Assembly: GCA_963702475.1 (NCBI GenBank)
Contig: CAVPCT010000009.1
Coordinates: 128,001 to 192,000, forward strand
DNA length: 64,000 bases
Direction of reading: 5' to 3'
Origin: an uncultured Thermoleophilia bacterium
Lineage (GTDB): Bacteria > Actinomycetota > Thermoleophilia > UBA2241
Shown here: in pieces, positions 58,113-64,000 of the stretch
How the letters are laid out: every line of letters begins with the position of its first letter
How positions within the stretch are numbered: position 1 is the first letter of the stretch
The notes under the pieces: generated by a model
Database searches by the model: none
The model's input: only the letters and a program-made list of their open reading frames with translations
What the model was told of the DNA's origin: nothing
Position numbers and translations under genes: made by a program

Positions 58113-59869
58113 GCGCTGACCCGGTCTACTACGACGCTCTGGTCAAGGACTACGACCTGCCGGTGACGATGCGCGACGGCGTCACCCTGCGCGTGGACGT
58201 GTACCGCCCCGACGCGCCCGGTCAGTTCCCCGTCCTCTACACGTGCGCCATGCACAACAAGGACCTGCAGCGGGTGGAGGTGGCCGAGAGCCTCAGGGTC
58301 GGGCAGCCCGCCTGGTCCACGCAGTGGTACGGGGTGATCGAGGGGGGAGACTCGAAGCGCTTCGTGGCCCACGGCTACGTGCACGTGATCGCGCAGGTGC
58401 GCGGCGGCCACAAGTCGGAGGGTGAGCTCCTCGTCGGCGACGAGTGGGACCACTACGACACCATCGAGTGGATCTGCTCCCAGCCGTGGTGCGACGGCAA
58501 CGTCGGCATGGTCGGCCTCTCGGCCTTCGCCGCCGAGCAGTGGAGGGCCGCCGCCCAGGGACACCCGGCGCTCAAGGCCATCTTCCCCCTGGACGCCGGC
58601 GGCTGCTACGGAGGGCTCGAGGGCTTCCGCGACCAGCACCCGGGCGGCGTGATCCAGACGATGCCGTACCATATCGGCCTCTACAACAGCCTGCACGGGA
58701 GCATCGGCACGCCGCCTGAGCTGCCGCCGCCCCTGGAAGAGGCGTGGGCGGCGGCCATGCGGGACCCCGACTACCTGATGTACGTGAACCTGTACAACAT
58801 CCTCACGCTGAAGGGGCAGCGTGACCCGGGGATGTTCTATCCGCTGCTGTTCCCGTTCGAGCGCCCCGGCACCGTCGCGCGCACCGAGGAGCTCTTCGCC
58901 AAGATCAGGATCCCCTTCGTCACCGGGGCCTTCGAGGGCGCCTACACCTACAAGATGCACTGGCAGGGGGCGCAGCACTTCTTCGCCGGCGTCGACGTGC
59001 CGCACAAGCACCTCTTCGTCACCCCGCCGGCGCACGCAGAGCGCCCGTTCCACGAGTGGCACGACGAGATCATCCGCTGGTACGACCACTGGCTGAAGGG
59101 CGTCGACAACGGAGTCGAGGACGACCCTGCAGTGCGGGCCTGGATCATGGGCGAGAACAGGTGGCGCGAGTTCGACGCGTGGCCCGTGCCCGAGACGCGG
59201 TGGACAGAGTACTACCTGCACTCCTGGGAGAAGCTCGACACCAGGGGTCACCTGCCGGCCACGCGCACCTTCGTCGACGAACCGCCGGACGCCTTCGTGC
59301 AGATGCCGCCGACGCAGACCAACACCATCCAGCGGCTCCGCTACCTGACGGAGCCGCTGGCCGACGACACCCTCGTCGTCGGTCCCATCTCGCTCACCTT
59401 CTGGGCGTCACTCGACGAGGACGACACGAACTGGATCGTCATCCTCAAGGACGTCGGCCCGGACGTCTCGGTGCAGACCGTGCGACCCGGCGAGCGCGAG
59501 CGCCCCGCCGTGCCGGAGCGGGAGCTCACGCGCGGCTGGCTGAGGGCCTCACGCCGCGCGCTCGACCCCGAACGCTCGACGCCCTGGAAGCCCTGGCACC
59601 ACCTCAGCCCGGAGACCATCAGCCCGGTCGTGCCCGGCGCCGTCGAGGAGTACCAGGTGGAGATCCTCTCCACCGCCAACCTCTTCAAGACGGGCCACCG
59701 CATCTGCCTCGAGATCACCAGCCTGGACCTGGCCGAAGGAGTGGCCGGCGAGACCTTCGCGGAGTACATCCCCAACCACGTGTGCTCGAGCAGGACGGTG
59801 CTGCACAAGGTGTTCCACAACGCCGAGTACCCGTCGCACCTGCTGCTGCCCGTCGTCCCCCTCGAGTAG
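58109..59869 (+). CDS. CocE/NonD family serine hydrolase
   Basis: MRDGVTLRVDVYRP, RGGHKSEG, QPWCDGNVGMVGLSAF, RWYDHWLKG, FKTGHRI. Confidence 0.9.
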   Translation: MSADPVYYDALVKDYDLPVTMRDGVTLRVDVYRPDAPGQFPVLYTCAMHNKDLQRVEVAESLRVGQPAWSTQWYGVIEGGDSKRFVAHGYVHVIAQVRGGHKSEGELLVGDEWDHYDTIEWICSQPWCDGNVGMVGLSAFAAEQWRAAAQGHPALKAIFPLDAGGCYGGLEGFRDQHPGGVIQTMPYHIGLYNSLHGSIGTPPELPPPLEEAWAAAMRDPDYLMYVNLYNILTLKGQRDPGMFYPLLFPFERPGTVARTEELFAKIRIPFVTGAFEGAYTYKMHWQGAQHFFAGVDVPHKHLFVTPPAHAERPFHEWHDEIIRWYDHWLKGVDNGVEDDPAVRAWIMGENRWREFDAWPVPETRWTEYYLHSWEKLDTRGHLPATRTFVDEPPDAFVQMPPTQTNTIQRLRYLTEPLADDTLVVGPISLTFWASLDEDDTNWIVILKDVGPDVSVQTVRPGERERPAVPERELTRGWLRASRRALDPERSTPWKPWHHLSPETISPVVPGAVEEYQVEILSTANLFKTGHRICLEITSLDLAEGVAGETFAEYIPNHVCSSRTVLHKVFHNAEYPSHLLLPVVPLE

Positions 59870-59884
59870 AGCGAGAGGAGAGCA

Positions 59885-60667
59885 ATGCTCAAGAGCATCG
59901 TCATGATGGACCTGCCCATCGACGACATCGCCGAGATGGAGCGCTGGTATTACGAGGCGCACTCCTCGGAGATCTCGCGGCGGTACGGGCCCTGGCTGCA
60001 GCGCCACGAGAGCTACGTGGCGCTGGACGCGCCCGAGGACGCGCGCCAGTTCGGCTTCTACAACTGGCGCGTCACCGAGTGCTGCTGGCGCGAGATGCCG
60101 CAGGCGGGGCCGGCCGGCGCCTACTGCTTCACGCCGGCCCCCGTCTGGAACCCTATCGCCACCTGCGCCGTCAAGCCGCAGCCCGACGACGACTTCTTCG
60201 GCTGGGACGGCTTCTCCACGCAGGGCGCCAGCATCCGCTGGTTCATCCTCCTGCGGTATCCGTTGGGCGTGCGCCTCAAGGACGGCGAGGACTGGTTCCG
60301 CAACGTGCACGCCCCGGAGGTGTGCCGGCAGCCGGGGCTCACACGCTTCTTCAGCCACAAGTGCGAGCAGGCGGCGGTCCCGCTGCCCGGCGTGTGGCAC
60401 CCGGACGCCTCGCCGCCCCAGGACTACCTCATGGTCCAGTGGGACCGCGTCGTGGAGCTCTGGTACCCGAGCTTCAGCGCCTGGCGCAAGGCGGTCATCG
60501 AGGAGCCGCCGGTCTACACGCCGCCGGAGTGGGCGACCGACGACTTCTACAAGGACGGCTACGCCCGGTACCCGTTCTTCAAGCCCGGCGTGGACTTCGT
60601 CAGCACGTTCCTGCTCGAGCGCCCCGCCGACGAGTTCCTGCGCGACACGCGCTACTACCGGCCGTGA
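59885..60667 (+). CDS. Bacterial chalcone isomerase-like protein
   Basis: RWYYEAH, FGFYNWRVTECCW, YPLGVRLKDGEDW, VVELWY, PEWA..YPFFKP, colinear with the Eubacterium ramulus CHI sequence as recalled. Confidence 0.75.
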   Translation: MLKSIVMMDLPIDDIAEMERWYYEAHSSEISRRYGPWLQRHESYVALDAPEDARQFGFYNWRVTECCWREMPQAGPAGAYCFTPAPVWNPIATCAVKPQPDDDFFGWDGFSTQGASIRWFILLRYPLGVRLKDGEDWFRNVHAPEVCRQPGLTRFFSHKCEQAAVPLPGVWHPDASPPQDYLMVQWDRVVELWYPSFSAWRKAVIEEPPVYTPPEWATDDFYKDGYARYPFFKPGVDFVSTFLLERPADEFLRDTRYYRP

Positions 60668-60683
60668 CGAGGAGGTCGAGACG

Positions 60684-61523
60684 ATGCCCGTGAGACAGCT
60701 CACGCCCGAAGAAGAGGCCAAGCCGTACGCGAAGTACTACCACCGTCCGGTGACGCCGCCGGACGCGGACCTGGTCGCGCTCATCCGGCCGGACGTGCAG
60801 ATCGACCCGGCCCTGGCGCTGCCGCCGGAGCGCATCAGCGACCTGCTCGACCCCGGCTACCACGAGGTCGAGACCGGCTGGTGCATCATGCCCGACGGCA
60901 GCGGCTACCTGGCCGTGCACAACCGCATGCCCGGCGTCACCGTGGAGATGCTCGACTGGTGGTTCTGGTGGCACTCCATGGCCAGCGTGCGCTACGGCCT
61001 GTGGTATCCGCCGGGGCACTACGGCATCTCCATAAGCCGGAGGTCGCGCGCCCGGCTCAGCGACCCGGACGTACCGGCCAAGGACAAGATCTACGGCCGC
61101 ACCGACCACGTGGTCGAGGACATCGGCACCGGCGCGGAGGACATCTACATCTGCTTCTGCGCGCCCGAGGAGATGGGCTTCGACATGAGCCGCTTCCATG
61201 CCCCGCACGTGGCGGCCGTGTACGGCGGCTACGGCTTCGACCAGCCGCAGGGCGCCAGGCCGAGCGACATCCGCGCGCCCGCCATCATGTGCCACTTCAT
61301 ACGCGAGCTCCCCGACGCCGAGGGCGTCGAGTTCCGCTCGCGCTTCTGGATGGGTTACAAGCTCATCGACGGCGAGCCCGTGCTGGCCATCCCGCCGGGC
61401 GAGTCGGTGCCGGCCGCGGTGCCCTACGGCCTCGCCGATCACAACGTCAAGGAGTACTGCAACCTCAAGTCGCTGCTGCCCGAGGTCTGGGCGGAGTTCA
61501 AGGACGAGGACCCGGCTCTGTGA
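60684..61523 (+). CDS. PhlG / phloretin hydrolase family C-C hydrolase
   Basis: MPGVTVEMLDWWFWWH..RYGLWYPPGH, HVVEDIG, RSRFWMGY, HNVKE. Confidence 0.9.
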   Translation: MPVRQLTPEEEAKPYAKYYHRPVTPPDADLVALIRPDVQIDPALALPPERISDLLDPGYHEVETGWCIMPDGSGYLAVHNRMPGVTVEMLDWWFWWHSMASVRYGLWYPPGHYGISISRRSRARLSDPDVPAKDKIYGRTDHVVEDIGTGAEDIYICFCAPEEMGFDMSRFHAPHVAAVYGGYGFDQPQGARPSDIRAPAIMCHFIRELPDAEGVEFRSRFWMGYKLIDGEPVLAIPPGESVPAAVPYGLADHNVKEYCNLKSLLPEVWAEFKDEDPAL

Positions 61524-61542
61524 AGCCGCGCGGAGGAACCCC

Positions 61543-62337
61543 ATGCCAATGAAGCTGATGGCGGCGTCACGCCGCCGGCCTGGACTCACCAGGGCGGAGT
61601 ACTTCCGCTACATCGAGCACTACCACGGCACGGTGGCGCGCCTGGAGCGCTTCAAGATCGAGAAGTACATCCAGAACCACGTGATCGACGGCGCCTTCGG
61701 CGTGATCTCCGACGCCGGCGGCCACAAGAACAAGGTCGCCGACAGGGACGCCGTCGTCGAGCTCCACTTCGACAGCTTCCGCGACATGCTGGCCACCCTC
61801 GAGCCCGAGGGGGTGACCCAGTCGCGGGCCAACCAGGACGGCCGCTTCTTCGCCGACGAGCCGACCAACATCATCGTCATGGCCGAGGAGACCGAGCTTC
61901 CCGTGGCCAAGCCCCTGCCGGACTTCAATCCGGGACTGGGTGAGCCGGGGCACGGAGCTCTCAAGGTGATGCAGTTCGTCATGCGCCGCCCCGACGTCTT
62001 CCCCCAGGACTTCCACCGGCTCTGGTGCCGGGCTCACGACGAGGCCCTGGCGGCGAGCCCGTACGCGAACGACATGTTCCGCAGGATCGTCGTGAGCAAG
62101 CGCTCCCGGGTGAACGACAACGACGCGGCCGCCCGGGCGCACTTCAAGATGGTCGACCCGCCGGTGTACGACCTCGTGGTCTCGTTCATCCTCGACAGCG
62201 TGGAGCAGGCCGGCGCCTTCAGGCAGTACTTCGACGCCGTCACGAGCAGCCCGCTGGAGTTCGCCGACTGGTCGGAGTCGTTCTTCCTCTACGTGAGGCA
62301 GGTGCGGATCATCGACGACGCGCCGCCGAAGGAGTAG
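61543..62337 (+). CDS. Tandem EthD-like protein
   Basis: RRRPGLTRAEYFRYIEHYHG..KYIQNHV..RDAVVELHFDS and a second KVMQFVMRRPDV..FHRLW repeat. Confidence 0.8.
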   Translation: MPMKLMAASRRRPGLTRAEYFRYIEHYHGTVARLERFKIEKYIQNHVIDGAFGVISDAGGHKNKVADRDAVVELHFDSFRDMLATLEPEGVTQSRANQDGRFFADEPTNIIVMAEETELPVAKPLPDFNPGLGEPGHGALKVMQFVMRRPDVFPQDFHRLWCRAHDEALAASPYANDMFRRIVVSKRSRVNDNDAAARAHFKMVDPPVYDLVVSFILDSVEQAGAFRQYFDAVTSSPLEFADWSESFFLYVRQVRIIDDAPPKE

Positions 62338-62341
62338 TGCC

Positions 62342-63250
62342 ATGGCAGACATGACCAAGCCCGAGTGGGCCGCGCAGAAGACCTACGACCAGAATCTGGG
62401 CGACGCCAGGATCAAGGCCACGCGCCCGCCGCTCACGCCGGAGGAAGAGAAACGGCCGTTCGCCAAGTACTACTACGACGAGATCCCCGAGCCGGACCCG
62501 GCGCACTACGCGGACATGGACGTGCCGATGGACCCCTCCGACGCGTTCTACCCGGAGGAGATCGACCGCCTGCTCGACGTCCCGGCCCTCGAGGCGGGCG
62601 TGGAGGTCGGCTGGTGCAACCTGCCCAACGGCGCCGGCTACATCGCCAACCGGATCCACTATCCGGACTTCACCGCCGACATGGTCGACTGGTGGTTCGC
62701 CTGGCACCCGCTCGAGGACCTGAGGTACCGCATCTGGTACCCGCCGCAGCACGCCGGCATCATGCTGAGCCCCATCGACAGGGCCCGCATCCTCGACGAC
62801 TCCATCCCCAACCGGGAGAAGAACTGGGGCGTGGTCCACAACGTGACGGAGAACTGCAACTGCGGCTTCGAGAACGTCGACATCGCCTTCCGCTCGCCGG
62901 CCGACATGGGCTTCGACATGGAGAAGTTCGGCAGGGTGGCGGCCACGATGGCGGCGGGCCAGGGCTGGGCCGTGGCCGTCGAGAAGTGCGACGCGTCCAT
63001 CACCGCGCCGGCGATCATGTGCCACGTGCTGTACGACGCTCCGGAGGGCGGGCTGATCCACCGCACGCGTTTCTGGATGGGCTACCGCTTCAACGAGGCG
63101 GGCAAGCCGGAGCTGTGCCTGCCGCCGGGCGTGAGCGTGCCCGTGGAGGCCGTGCAGGGTCTGGCGCGCCACAACGTCAAGGAGTTCACGCGCTGGCGCG
63201 AGTTCCTGCCGCGGATCTACGCGGAGCTGGGGCCGGGGATGTACTGCTGA
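62342..63250 (+). CDS. PhlG / phloretin hydrolase family C-C hydrolase
   Basis: DMVDWWFAWHPLEDLRYRIWYPPQH, HNVTEN, RTRFWMGY, HNVKEF..FLPRIY. Confidence 0.9.
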   Translation: MADMTKPEWAAQKTYDQNLGDARIKATRPPLTPEEEKRPFAKYYYDEIPEPDPAHYADMDVPMDPSDAFYPEEIDRLLDVPALEAGVEVGWCNLPNGAGYIANRIHYPDFTADMVDWWFAWHPLEDLRYRIWYPPQHAGIMLSPIDRARILDDSIPNREKNWGVVHNVTENCNCGFENVDIAFRSPADMGFDMEKFGRVAATMAAGQGWAVAVEKCDASITAPAIMCHVLYDAPEGGLIHRTRFWMGYRFNEAGKPELCLPPGVSVPVEAVQGLARHNVKEFTRWREFLPRIYAELGPGMYC

Positions 63251-63284
63251 CGGCGGGATCCGCCTGACGAGTCCGACCGACTTC

Positions 63285-63320
63285 CGGGCGCCGGGAGGAC
63301 CATCGTCCCCCCGGCGCCCG
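63285..63320 (+). terminator. Hairpin ending the hydrolase operon
   Basis: CGGGCGCCGGGAGGAC-catc-GTCCCCCCGGCGCCCG. Confidence 0.65.
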
Positions 63321-63380
63321 CTCTGCGTTGAGCGCCAGCCGGTGGGGCGGGGCGTCCTCCTCGATGCAGCGGGAGAGGCC

Positions 63381-63411
63381 TTGACTCTCACCCGCGTCAG
63401 AGTTGCAGGGT
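63381..63411 (+). promoter_or_regulatory. MerR-type promoter: TTGACT-N19-CAGGGT with dyad ACTCTCAC-N4-GTCAGAGT
   Basis: 19-bp spacer and an inverted repeat overlapping the -35, the MerR-family hallmark. Confidence 0.65.
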
Positions 63412-63497
63412 CCGCGTCATTCGGCTGATCAGGGCTGAAGAGTCGACGCTTCACGCAGACGTCCGCGCCCACGAGTCGGCGACCTCAGGGGGAGTCC

Positions 63498-64000
63498 ATG
63501 ACCGCGTCGTACCCGCAGCTGTTCTCGCCGACGAGCATCGGCAAGGTCCGGCTGAAGAACCGCATCGTCAAGACGGCCGCGCAGACGTACTTCTTCGAGT
63601 CGGGCGAGCGGCGCTTCGGCGGCATCGCCAAGGCCTTCTACGGAGCTGTGGCGCGTGGTGGTCCCGGCCTCGTCATCTGCGAGACGCCGGCCATGGAGGC
63701 GCCCTACAAGGAGACGGACGACCGCCGCTACCGCGTCGACGACGACCGCTTCCTGCCCGACATCGAGGCGCTCGCGGCCGAGGTCCACAAGTACGACTGC
63801 CCGCTCTTCCTGCAGTTCTACCACCGCGGCCCGTGGGGCGGCGTGTACGCGGTCGGCAGGCGGCGCATCTCCGCGTCGGGCGTGACCGTGGCGTCGCCCT
63901 TCGACGTCTACGGGGAGGAGCCGCCGCACGCCATGACCCTCGCCGACATCGAAGAGGTCATCGAGGCGTTCGTGGACGGCGCCGCGCGCGCGGCGCGCGG
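63498..64000 (+). CDS. Second NADH:flavin oxidoreductase / OYE (runs off window end)
   Basis: YPQLFSPTSIGKVRLKNRIVKTA..ARGGPGLVICE..DDDRFLP..LQFYHRGPW. Confidence 0.9.
   Translation, partial: MTASYPQLFSPTSIGKVRLKNRIVKTAAQTYFFESGERRFGGIAKAFYGAVARGGPGLVICETPAMEAPYKETDDRRYRVDDDRFLPDIEALAAEVHKYDCPLFLQFYHRGPWGGVYAVGRRRISASGVTVASPFDVYGEEPPHAMTLADIEEVIEAFVDGAARAAR

Noticed and set aside
678-63929. Many long antisense or alternate-frame ORFs (e.g. 5271-8339 -, 22701-25070 -, 25996-28626 -)
   Set aside because: Shadow ORFs expected in high-GC DNA; they are Arg/Ala/Pro-rich or mirror real genes and carry no motifs.
1-64000. CRISPR array, rRNA, tRNA, IS elements
   Set aside because: No regularly spaced repeats, RNA-gene signatures or transposase motifs recognised by eye.

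Overview
High-GC bacterial DNA, probably from an anaerobic actinobacterium (Thermoleophilia/Coriobacteriia-like; taxonomy is inferred from composition and protein style only). Nearly the whole window reads as one anaerobic polyphenol/flavonoid catabolic region. It has four PhlG/phloretin-hydrolase-family C-C hydrolases, a bacterial chalcone-isomerase-like protein, two EthD-like proteins and two OYE/enoate-reductase-type flavoenzymes. It also has three pyrogallol-phloroglucinol transhydroxylase-family Mo-bisPGD alpha subunits (two with beta subunits, one with an N-terminal SCP2-like extension), an AprAB-like flavoprotein/ferredoxin pair, a 6-oxocamphor-hydrolase-type crotonase and a BKACE enzyme. 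Supporting genes include five SDRs, beta-oxidation genes, EtfAB plus a FadF-like membrane oxidoreductase, an ADP-forming acyl-CoA ligase, an ABC importer and three MFS transporters. The regulators are LysR, TetR and two MerR-TetR fusions, and several candidate operators are readable directly in the DNA. Two accessory patches carry toxin-antitoxin modules (13.9-15.3 kb and 31.8-34.0 kb). Six genes are broken by 13 frameshifts that all behave as +1 insertions, most likely sequencing errors. No rRNA, tRNA, CRISPR, integrase or transposase was recognised. Family assignments come from motif recognition and recalled reference sequences, not database searches.
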